Origin: Vicugna vicugna
Lineage: Eukaryota
Assembly: GCA_013265495.1 (NCBI GenBank)
Contig: MU061050.1
Location: forward strand, 1,072,307-1,136,306
Reading direction: 5' to 3'
Length of the DNA stretch: 64,000 nt
Under the pieces are notes generated by a model. It was not told the origin of the DNA, did no database searches, and was given only the letters and a program-made list of their open reading frames with translations. This document shows positions 23,661 through 34,528 of the stretch, one piece after another; within the stretch, counting starts at the first letter, position 1, and each line of letters starts with the position of its first letter. Position numbers and translations under genes: made by a program.

Positions 23661-24270
23661 CATCCCTTTTATAGTCAGAGAAAAACTGATAAGAAAATAA
23701 GGTGACTGTAGCCACTCGTTAGGCACGTATGTTGCAGGGTCTATGAAGTTCACAGCTCTGCTTGACGCTGTTGGCGGAAGCTTAGGGAGCGGGAGTGGAG
23801 GTGTGGGGGCAGAGGGCAAAGAAGGGTGGCCAGGAAGCAAAGGAGAGCTGATAGCTGTTAGGGAGGTAGGGGCTGGAGCAGCTCTGCACCCCTACCTCAC
23901 TTGGAGGATGATGCAGTAGGACCCTGGCTTTGAATCATTTGATGGCTGCATGTAACATTTGCCTTTGACTTCTCTCACAGCAACTGAACGAGGACCTGCC
24001 TGGGTCCCCATCATGAGAACAGCAGTGGCCTGGCAGAGCTTGGGGAAGGGGGGCAGGTGATTCAGGCTCCAGGAGATGATTTTTCCATGGCTCTCGGGAC
24101 CTCAGACAAGTGGAAGAGAAGCCAGTACAGTTCAGTACATAAAAGAAGGGACTCAACAGCCAGTAGCCGGGTGGGTGTCTTGCTTACCACTCACTGGCTG
24201 TGACCGTGGGCAGTTGCTTCACCTCCTTAAGCCTTTGTGTCCTCATTGGTAAAACAGATGATAATAAAGA

Positions 24271-24414
24271 GTGGAGAGGGTTTAGCTCAAGTGCTAGAGT
24301 GCTTGCTTAGCATGCATGAGGTCCTGGGTTCAATCCCCAGTACCTCCTGTAAAAATAGTAAACCTAGTTACCTCCCCCCAAGATAAAAGATAATTAAGTA
24401 ATACAATAATTAAA
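24271..24414 (+). mobile_element. vic-1-like camelid SINE inserted into a MIR
   Basis: ggagagggtttagctcaagtgctagagtgcttgcttagcatgcatgaggtcctgggttcaatccccagtacctcc...aaacctagttacctccccc + A-rich tail; near-perfect 16-bp direct repeat aaaacag(a/g)tgataata at 24251-24266 and 24415-24430. Confidence 0.9.
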
Positions 24415-24539
24415 AAAACAGGTGATAATAGTAACTATTTCGTAGGGCTGTTGAAAGTATTAAAAGAGCCAGTCCCTACAGACGAACTTAGCTTATTGTG
24501 TGCTTGATTCCTGTTGTCTGGTTGAGAGGATTCTGATGC

Positions 24540-24700
24540 TAGACTGCCTGGGCTCAAATCACCTCTGTGCCTCAGTTTCTCCATCTGTAAAATGGGAACA
24601 ATAATACCATCTACCTCAGATGATTATGGTGAAATTTAAATAAATGAATATAAACAAAAGTGAGTCAAACAGTGCTCGACATGTACTAAATACTCAGGAA
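24540..24700 (+). mobile_element. MIR SINE
   Basis: gtgcctcagtttctccatctgtaaaatgggaacaataataccatctacctcaga. Confidence 0.85.
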
Positions 24701-27700
24701 ATGTTCGCAATGGTCAGAGGTAGCCGTCAGCTGATACACAGCAGAGTGGCAACCAGTTGTGTGTGGCTGGCATCTGCCACCTCACCTGATTGTCCCGAGA
24801 GTCTCATCTAATTAGTTCCTGCTCATCATTTGGTTGTTAAATACTTTGAATGTCACTGTTATTATTTAATTATTATTACTACTGAGGGCTCCAGATGTCA
24901 AGACCCCACCCCACCCCCAGAATCATACTTCATCCCACCCGTTTGCCTGGTCTGGCTCTTTTCTTGGTTGAGGTGGTCCTGCCCCAGTTTCCAAACGGTA
25001 GCAGTGATGGAAGTTGGGGTCCCAGGCAGACTGGGGTGCAGGCTGGCTGCCCCCGGGACTGTTTGGTGAGCATTTTAGATGAAATCAGAGACGGTGATAC
25101 AGCTCTCCTCCCCTTGCTCCCCTGCCTTTTTGAAAAGGAGCCAAAGGCAAGAAAAAACAACCACCCATAAATAAAGGAGACCATGAAAATAACAAAAAGA
25201 AAGAAGAAATCTTGCTTTTGCGGCAGGCTTGGCTGCCGATGGGGTAGATAATGGGAGAGGAAACACGGCCTTTGCAGAGAAACAGAACGGGACACTTTGT
25301 TTGCTGGAAGAGTGAACGCTGCTTGAGCAAGAGCTGCTCAGTTGGGGTTTCCGATGAGCGAGCTTGTCTTGGGGGAGATGGTGGCGATTAGGTTTTCACA
25401 AGGCACAGGTGGCGTCCCACCCAGAACCCCTGGGGTCGGGGAAGGGGAGGCGATGGGGGAAGTAGCAGACCTGAGCGTGGCGCCCAAAGGTGAGGCCGGT
25501 GCATCCGGTCCAGACCTCGGGCCACGGCCACCGTGAGCCACCTTGTTTCTCCATTGTCTGCTCAAGCTGGGGAGCTGGATGCTTGCACCCCTCTGGAAGC
25601 CCCCAGACCTTCTCTCAAGGTGTATCTTTTATGGAGCCTTAGGGAGGTACATCCCAGGGACTAGAGGATGAGGCCAAGTATATTTGATTATTTGCATGCT
25701 GGCTTTCTGGGTGGTAGATTGTTCCCTGTCAACACAGCCTGGTGGCCTTCTCGGTGACCGGCATTTACCATTTACCCATCTCCATCACTGCTCCGTTTAC
25801 CCTGCCCCTGCCGTGGGTGCCTGAGGCAGGAAGAGGGAGAAGAATTAGGGAGGGAATCAGATACCTTTCCTGAGCCCTCGGGGACCCTGGATGCCCACTT
25901 TGAGAGGGGACTGTGGGTTCCCAGATAGGCTGATAGTTGAAATACCTTTAAGAAGGGCCTTCAAAACATTCACCGGCTCGAGGCCGACTGCTCTGGCTGG
26001 CAGAAGTTCCCTGGAAGCACAGTCATTCATTCGTGTGACCATGATAACAATGCTCAGTGCCAGCCGGCTTTGTGCCAGGCTTTGCGCTAAGTATTTTATA
26101 TACAAGACTTACTGATTCTCCAGCAACCGTGACAAGTAGCTATTGTCAGCCCCCTTCACAGATAAAGCATCTGAGGTGTATAGAGGTTAAGTCTTAAGTA
26201 TCCACCGGGCTCCCACTTAGAGCAGGGTGGAACCGGTGACTCTCCACCCACCGCTTGCCCCCCGAGCCCCGGGTTAGGATGCATATGCCCATTACAGCAT
26301 ATGCCCTGGCCCCGGCCTTCCCTGCACTGTGCTGTTCACTCCTCACAGCCACACTGCTGGGTATATGTTACCATGTTGCGTTTATAGTTAAAGGCAGTGG
26401 TAGATTTGGAGAGCTAGTAAGTCCGCCTATCCATGCTGCTAGTTAGAGACTTGTTGGGGTTTGAAACACCTGCACGTGTCTCCAGAACCAGCGTGTCACC
26501 ACAGACCCCTAGAGCTTAGTCTGTATGGCTTAGACTTGTCACCATGCAGAAGCCAAACGCTGCCCAGCCCACACTAGCCTGGGAGGAGGGGTGCCTTGCA
26601 AAGATGGGACTTCATCCTGGTGTTCACAGGCCGTTCCCACTTGTCCGCTTCCCCCTCTGTGGTCCACCTTCCTGCCCCCTCCCGGGGTTGGCCGGGGCCC
26701 GCAGGGGTTCGCAGAACAACACTACCTTCTCGGCTCCGGCTCCGGAGGAAATGAGGCACTTGTGAGGTCTGCAGAATGGTAGTGTCATCAGCCCGGGGAC
26801 GGGAAGGCCCAACCCAAGGGGTGGACCAGGTAGGCAGTGGCGCTGAGTATGCAGGGTTTCCTTGGCGAATTTGGGTCCTTTCAGCCTGTCTGCCCTGTGC
26901 TGGGCCTGGGTGCCTGGCTCAGTGTGGGCACTGGCCAGGGGAGATTTCAGGGTGGCTGGGGACACCCACAGAACATGCAGACAGCCTAAGCAGGGTTGTA
27001 AAATGGCACCAAGGAGAGGGGGACCTGCGGGGCAGGTGAAGGTGGAAGAGGGTGACATGCGTGTTTGGCCCTGCAGGGGTGGGGGAGGTGTCCCCAAAGG
27101 TGATAGGAGGATTCAGAGAGCAAACTTTTGAACAGACATCACATTCAGCCCTCTCAGTAAATCTATGAGAGGGTTATTATTTGTTCCATTTTAGTGGTGG
27201 AGAAACTCAAACTTCCCCATCGTCGCACAGTAGTACATGCTGGAGCCAGGCTTCGAGCACTGGTCTGGGTGACAATAAAGCCCATTTCTCTTAGCCATGG
27301 TGGATGCCTCCCAGCAATGCCAGAAGGTCTCACCTACCTGCCCGCCTCTGGAGAGTCAGGGACATGCAGGGCCTGCCGGGGAGGAAGGCAGGGTGGGTGT
27401 CTTGCTCGCCGCCAGTAGGTGCTCTGGGGGCGGGGAGGGAGAGCACCCTTCTCGCTTTAGGTCTCTCTCCCTCTCTCCTTCCCTGAATTGTACCAGGTTC
27501 TCCAAGCTTGTGCTAATCACAAAGTAGGTATTAGACTCTCCATTTTACACATGAAGAAATGAAGGTTTTTAGAGGTTGAATCTTTTCCCCAAGTTCCCAA
27601 AGCGGCCTTGGTTTCTCTTGACTAATTCTTCCTTGGCCATGACTTATGTCAAAAACAACCAGAATCCTGTGAGCAGCGAAGACAGGGGCAGATCTGTCTT

Positions 27701-30500
27701 TGCTGGTCCAGATCCTCTTATCTGGGGTGGAGGAGAGTGACCGGAGCATCAGCCGATAGATGAAGAGACATGGGTTTGGGCACCAGTGAGTCCTGGCTTC
27801 TCCACTTGGGTGGGACAGAGAAATGAGTGGTGAGCCCCTCGCCCAGTGCTCGCAGCCCAGTGGGTGCTCTGCCCTTGCATGCTCCTTTTTGCCTCCTCTG
27901 CCTTGTCTTAATGTTCAGGGTTATCCCAAAAGGGAGGCCTTTAAAAGGCCAGTCGGGCCTGGCTGCACCATTTCTGCTGTGTGCTGGCTGGGCTGGGTGT
28001 TGCTTGTGCAGAAGACAAGACACACAGCCCTGCGCAGGATGCAGGCTTGGACCTGGCCACTGGGAGGTAAGGGCAGGACCGGGGCTGCCTCCTAGCACTG
28101 TGGGTGGGCTGCTGATGGGGCTGGGGAGGGGCTGGAGACAGCATCAGGTCCTGAAGGCAGGAGGGCCCCCAGAGAAAGGGTTTCCTGGAGACCTCGTTTA
28201 AGTCTTCGCAGTTTTACCCCAGGCCAGTGGGGCAGGTACCCATCCCACTGGGACCCTCAACAGCACTTCCCAGCTGTCCCCTCTGTCTCTTCCTGGACTC
28301 TCCTCCCGGGCTGAGGGAAGTCTCAGATGGCGCTGTGGATGGGAACATCGCAGCCTCAGTTTCTCTCCAGCTCCTTCAGTCCTTTGTGCCCTTGGGTTGG
28401 GAGTCAGCTGAATCTTGGCAGCTGCCAAAGCTCTGTCTGCAGCTGGGCTTCTGTGCCAGAGGCACGGAAGAGGCTGCCTCCCCTAGCAGGGTGGGGGTGC
28501 AGGAGCTCGGGGGTTCACCGAACCTCTGTCTAGCTGGTCTTGGCTGCTGCACCAGGTCACTACGTACTACCTTGACCAGCCCAGAAACAGCCCGGGGGGC
28601 TGGGGGGTTTGGCTGTGCCCTTCTCCCTGAGCTGGGCTAGACCAGACTGGGCCACACCGTGGATCTGATACCCTCAGGGCCCACAGAGGCTGGAGAGTGT
28701 GAGGGGGCCTCTCAGGAAAGCTTTGTTCCAAGCCTGCGGCCAGGCCAGCTCCCAGCTCTGAGTAAACATCGGAGATAGGATGGGGCGTAGCCAGGAAGGG
28801 TGGCAGGGTGCGGCCTGGGAGAAGAATGGCAGGATGTGGCACCGGGGCACCGTTCTGGGCACCCACGCCTTGGGCTATTGTTTAGGGCTGCCTGAGGCTC
28901 TCGGCTCTCTGGGGCTTTGAAAGGAAGTGACATTCCCTTGGGACTCAGGCCCTGCACCTCCCCTGCCACGTGGTTGTCTCCCTGGCAGTGCCCCTCAGCA
29001 CCACGTCCTCAGGGCCAGCCTGGAAGAGGGAGTCTCAGCGGACAGGTTCGGTGTGTGCCAGTGGGGAAATGTGTCATTAGCCCTCCCCCGAGGGTCTGCC
29101 TGTCTGTCCGGGCTGTTTTCCTGTACCCCTGGGGCTGAGTCACCCGTCATGCTCCGATGACTGGAATTTATCTTTATCTTTATCTGTATCTAGATATTTT
29201 GGGAGGGGCGGCGAGGGGGCTGTCATTGTGGAAGGAGGAAGGTCTGAGAGTCAAAACTCCTTTGATTCCAGTCCAGCTGGGCTGGTTGTTGGCTGATTGG
29301 GAGAGGAAGTGGCTGGTGATTTGTTTTGGGTAGAAGGGGGCTCTGTGTGTGCGCCTAGGGTGGATGGGGCGTCAGGGGGCTGGGTTGGTTGTGGGGAGGA
29401 GAAAAGAGATCGCCACCTGTAGTCTACTTTGTCACATAAGAGCTGTGCTCTGAGGCCCTGGTCCTCTGTGGAGGGCAGGTGTCTCTATGTCTTGTACAAG
29501 CACTGGATTTGGGGGCCCCAGGGCCTCCCAGACATTAGCTCCGAGACTCAAGACTCTGCGGCATCAAGGGTGAGGATGGCCAGAGCCCGGTCCCCCTAGG
29601 GCCTTCCCCTTTTATGGATGCTCAGGTGAGGTGAGGCCACGGAGGAGAAGGCAGCAGAGGGTCTGTGGGGTAGGCTCCCAAGAAGGGAAGGGAGGGCAGA
29701 GCAGGGATGCCGTTCTGTGTCCTGACTGGTTCAAGGTCCTCTCACTCTATGCTGGGAGCAGTACTGATCAAACAAGCCACAGGAACCAGACCTCTCTGGG
29801 CCTCAGTTTATAAAATTTGAGTAAGGCTGGGTGAGAGGGAGGAAGCTGGGCACATAGAGTCCAACCAGAGTGCCCTGTGGGCTTGTGGCCCTGGGCCAGG
29901 ACCTGGGGGGGACTGGGGGAGCCCAGCGACTGGCGTCTCCTGTGTACTAAGAGTCTTTGGCTTCTGGGCATCTGGGGAGAGGGGAGGGTGTGGCCGCTCC
30001 CCTGAAACCCTCCTGGAAAACCATGTGGATACTGAAGCACGGAGCATATTCCGTAGGGAAGGAGTAATGAGGGGATTTTTTTTTAAGTTTCTGGAAAAGG
30101 AGAGACTTAAAGGGAAGACTCCAAAAGGGTCTTTAAATTCAAAAGTTAAGGCAAGTGTTTCTTGCATGTCCTAAGGTGAAAACAAAGGACATGGACTTGC
30201 TTTGCTACTGGGAGATTGGGGTCACTCACAGGAAGTGCTTAGATGCAAGGAAGAGGCAGCTGAGGATAACTGGGCACAGGAGATGGGGCCGTGGGAAACA
30301 AACTCCGGAGAGCAATGTCTCTCTAACAATGATGGTAGCAGCAGCTGGCACTTGATACGCACCCAGGCTGCCTTGTGCTGTGCCGCCAGGGTATACTTTG
30401 CCCTCTGAGTGTTGTACAAGCATTTATTGAGCACCTGCTGTGCTCCAGGTACCGTGCTGGACTCTGGTCACAGTGATGAGCAAAAATAAGCCTGTTTCAA

Positions 30501-30630
30501 GGCGGGGGATATAGCTCTAGTGGCAGAGTGCATGCTGAGCACGCAGGAGGTCCTGGGTACAATCCCTGGCACCTGCATCAGAAAATAAATGTATAAGCCT
30601 AATTACCACCCCCCTGAAAAGTGAATCAAA
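30501..30630 (+). mobile_element. vic-1-like camelid SINE inside an L2 relic
   Basis: ggcgggggatatagctctagtggcagagtgcatgctgagcacgcaggaggtcctgggtacaatccctggcacct...taagcctaattaccacccccc; the upstream flank catttattgagcacctgctgtgctcc is L2-like. Confidence 0.85.
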
Positions 30631-30759
30631 CAAACAGACATTCCCACAGTGACCTGGGCGGGGCTGGGTGGGTTCTCAGGCTACTGGCAAGTCAGAAATA
30701 ACTTAAATATGTAACATATCATTGCCAAGTGGGAAGTGTTATTGGAAGGCTCATCCTTT

Positions 30760-31125
30760 CATATTGGGGGAGTTTATTCCCATTTCACTGAGGAGGAAGC
30801 TGGTTCAGAGAAGTTGTCACTTGCCCAAGGTTGCACAGCAATTAATTAGGCAGACTTGGGATTCAAATAGACGCAGGTCTGTCTGACCCCAGAGACTTTT
30901 CTCTCAGCTACCTGGCTCTAGGAGCATCCTGGGCTGTATGACAACTGAATGGATGCTTGCCCCGTATTATTTAATTTTCAGGGACTCCTGTGAGATATAG
31001 GTTATTATCCCCCATTATATGGATTAGGAACCTGGGGCTCGGAGTTAATTAACTTGCCCGCGGTCACATAAGTCAGCTGGTGGCAGGGCAGGAATTTGAA
31101 TCCAAGTTATTGAATCCTGAAGCCT
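30760..31125 (-). mobile_element. MIR SINE fragments
   Basis: cccatttcactgaggaggaagctgg...cacttgcccaaggttgcacagc; gcagggcaggaatttgaatccaag. Confidence 0.75.
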
Positions 31126-31579
31126 GCACTCTGCATCAAGCCAGGCTGTTGCTTCTCCATCAACAAATGGATCCAGAGAGGGGGACCAACAAGAGAGCCA
31201 GTGCCCAGAGCCTGAAGTAGAGCCAGACGCCAGCCAGTGGGAATGAAGGGCCCTTGTCTGGACTGCCAGCAGGACCTGGCAGGGTTATCTTGTGGGTACC
31301 ACGCCCTAGTGAACAGACTGACACCTCCAAGCCAGCTTGGCTGGTCACCAGGAGCCATTTTCTTTGTTACAAGGCGCTGTGCCCAGAGGCCAGGATGAGC
31401 CCCTGGGAGCCTCAGGAGGCGGGACCCTCAATATGAGGATAATCCCAGTGCCCAGCTGGAGGTGCTCGTGGGGGCTGAGTGTGGGTAGAAAGGCCAGCAA
31501 GCTAAAAGGGAGGGGTTCTCCTAGTGCAGCCTGGTCCGACAGAAAGACAATGCAAGCCACATGTATACTTTTAATGTTC

Positions 31580-31830
31580 CTATTGTGATAAGAAGTGCAG
31601 AAAAGAAACAGGTGACACGATTTTTAACAGTGTATTTGATTTAACCCAATAGTATCCAAAATATTATAATTTCAACATGTAATCAATAACCAATTATTAG
31701 TGAGCTGCTTCACATTCTCTTTTTCATGCTAAGCCTTCCTTCCGAGGCGGGGGTGTCCTTTACAGTCAGCACGTTTCCTTTGGGACTGACCCTGGTACAG
31801 GTGCTCAGTAGCCCTGGGCGAGTGGCCGGG
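31580..31830. mobile_element. hAT-Charlie DNA transposon relic (MER33/MER3-like)
   Basis: aaagaaacaggtga...atttgatttaacccaatagtatccaaaatattataatttcaacatgtaatcaata matches the recalled MER33 internal sequence. Confidence 0.65.
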
Positions 31831-31849
31831 ATACCGGGCATCGCGGTCC

Positions 31850-32720
31850 TGGGAGCTCATTAGGACAGATCATCACCTCCTCCACCTCCGCCTTCAGCTG
31901 GGAGGGTGGACAGCGGTCAGCAGCTCTGGGTCGGCGTCTGGCGCCGGAGGTGGGGGGCTCCCCAGGTCGGTGCCCACCAGGCCTGGCCTTTCCCACCGGC
32001 TCCCGGCTCCCGGCTCCCGTCACCGTGCCCCCTGCGGCGGCCTCCGGGCTCTCCGGGCTGCAGAGGGAGGACAGGCTTTGAGGTAGGAGCTGGAAGGCCA
32101 CGAAGTTGAGACTGCGTGGAGGAGAGAGCCCTCAGGACCCCAGCCCCGGGCGAGGTGGCAAACCCGGCGGCCTGCCCGGCGCGGTGGGTGTGGGCCTGCG
32201 GCGCGGAGCCGGCCGGGATCAGAAGCCCACAGGCCCGCATTGTTCGCCCGTCACACTTCCTTTGGCTTTATTGCCTTTGTCCAACACCCTATTGTCTGGT
32301 TTCCTTTTGTCCCCCTTNNNNNNNNNNNNNNNNNNNNNNNNNNNNNNNNNNNNNNNNNNNNNNNNNNNNNNNNNNNNNNNNNNNNNNNNNNNNNNNNNNN
32401 NNNNNNNNNNNNNNNNNNNNNNNNNNNNNNNNNNNNNNNNNNNNNNNNNNNNNNNNNNNNNNNNNNNNNNNNNATAATACCCCTCCCCGGCTCCCCCTCC
32501 CCCGCGCCCGGCCCCCCTGCTCCGCCCGGCTCTGCGCCCCTCCCGGGGCCCGGATGGGCCGAGCCGCCCGCTTCCTGGCCGCCCTCCAGGTCCCTGGGTG
32601 GTGGGAGGGGACCCAGAGCTGCACCTTGAAGCCGCAGGGCAGCCGGGCTGGGGTCTCCTTTCTTCCTGTGCTGATGTTCTCACCTCACCCTGCATCGCCC
32701 TGTCCCGGGGGCACCCCCGC
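31850..32720. promoter_or_regulatory. Intronic CpG-rich island ~1.6-2.5 kb upstream of SOX13 exon 2 (candidate enhancer or alternative promoter); contains a gap
   Basis: Local CpG enrichment (ccggctcccggctcc, cccgcgcccggcc, gcggcgcggagccggccgg) in otherwise CpG-poor intron. Confidence 0.6.
32318..32473. other. Assembly gap (156 N)
   Basis: Run of N. Confidence 1.
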
Positions 32721-33059
32721 CAGACCCCCAGGGCACCCTGCCCTTTGAAAGTCTGGTCTGATGTGTAGGATGGCATCAAATCAAACACATACATCTCGAC
32801 TCGAATGGTGTTTCAGTTATTTCACGTAAAATACTGGACGCGGATTGTGTACAGCTGTTTACACCTGCTGTCCACGGCCCTCTGCATCACTCATTGTACA
32901 TTACCAGAAACATTTTCTTACACAGAATTGCTGTAATGTGCAAATACAACACTGCACCTGCAGTTAAGGGATGTCTTACTGTATCTAAGTTTTGCCCAAC
33001 ACTCCCCTCCTAAAAATTTAATGCCCGTGTAAACATTTTTTCAAAAATTTTTATTTAAT

Positions 33060-33180
33060 GATGCTTCTCAAACTAGTATATATCAGAATTACCTGGAGCG
33101 CTTGTTAAAAGAGACCCACGGCCTCACCCACAGAAATTCTGATTTGTGGGTGACCAGTGACTTTATTTCTCAGGCAAGCC
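33060..33180. mobile_element. MER5A-like DNA transposon relic
   Basis: gcttctcaaact...tcagaattacctggagcgcttgttaaaa...cctcacccacagaaattctgattt. Confidence 0.7.
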
Positions 33181-34330
33181 CCCTGGGCTCTGCTGAGGCT
33201 GTGGTCCTTGTGCTGCATGCCAGCCAGCAGTGGTTTCACAGAGGCCACCGCGACGCTTCCTGGTACCACGCGCTGTTCTAAACACCACGTAAATATTAAT
33301 TCATGGCCCTCCCGCCGCCCATTTTACAGATGAGGAAGCAGGTGTGGAGAGGTTAAGTAACTTGCTCAAGGTCATGTGGCAGCTGGTGGAGCAGCTGAGG
33401 GAAGACCCCTGCCTACTAAGGACCTGCTGTGTGTCCGCACTGGTCTTCCATGACTTTGGAGGGTGAGCAGGTGCGCTCTGGGCCGTGCACCTGGTGTGAC
33501 CACTGAGAACTTCTCCCCAGGATCCTGCTCAGCTGCTCAGCCATCCCGGGCGGTGGGTGTCAGCGGCGAGAGGCAGCGCGCGCTGTCCCGCTCACACCAG
33601 GGACTGCAGATGCCTGAGGGGCCAGACTCCAATTGAGAGACGCTAGCTAGACAGAAGAAAATAGCTTTCTTAAAGCCACTCATCTCTCGGCTTGTTTTTT
33701 CCCTCACTTTTGGCTGACAGATGCATGGAGATAGGAGCTAGTTCACTTTTACCTTCCCTCTGCTGTGAGAAAAACAAAGACTAAATGTATTATATAAGGT
33801 AGTTGATATTTGGTTTTCCTTTCGGGGAGTAGGAGGGAGTGGAGGAGAGTAGGCAGACTGTGCATAAGGAGTGACTGCTACCCAGTTCCAGCCAATTATT
33901 GCCACAGACAACTTCAGGAGAGGTTCAAATCCAGTTATGTGATACCTCTTGAGCTTTTAAATTTCGGTAACTAATTATCAATACGTACGTACACAACATA
34001 CACAGACACATAGTGTATATGTAATCTTGGCTTTACTGGGTTCCAGAGCAGCCGGTTAACAATCTCCAGCCTTCTCAGGTGGCCCCATCAGCCCACTCTG
34101 CCAGCATTGCAACAGGCAGGCTGTGACGAAATTCGGCCCAGCCTTCTCTAGACTTTTCTAAAAAAAAAATAGGGACAAGAATCTTTTCTAGTTTGCCACA
34201 GTGGGTTCCGAATGAAAGCTTGCCTTTTGCAGGAGTGAACCTATTTAGAGTGGGCGACCGGATGGCCGAGGCACTGCCTCTGGGGCTCAGGTCCTAGCTC
34301 ACTCACTCTGCACCCCCCACCCCCTGCAGG

Positions 34331-34528
34331 ATGTCCATGAGGAGCCCCGGCTCTGCCCAGCTGGCCCTGGATGACGCTGGCACCATGGTGAACTGTACTG
34401 TCAAGTCAGAGGGAAAGAAGGAGCCCTGCCACGAAGCCCCCCAGGGCTCGGCCACCGCAGCCGAGCCCCAGCCCGGAGACCCAGCCCGGGTCCCCCAGGA
34501 TGGCGCTGACCCTCAAGCTCCAGCCCAG
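34331..34528 (+). CDS. SOX13: SOX13 exon 2 coding part (acceptor CAG|G at 34329/34330, ATG at 34331)
   Basis: 66 codons ending DPQAPAQ, then donor CAG|GTGCCC (phase 0 matches exon 3); alternative donor discussed in findings. Confidence 0.8.

Noticed and set aside
18566-30630. tRNA-like A/B-box sequences as tRNA genes
   Set aside because: They continue into the SINE body and A-tail, two of them with TSDs; they are SINE heads, not tRNAs
34200-34330. Possible long N-terminal extension of SOX13 via intron-1 sequence
   Set aside because: In-frame TAG at 34295-34297; the spliced exon-1 junction also gives TAG before the ATG
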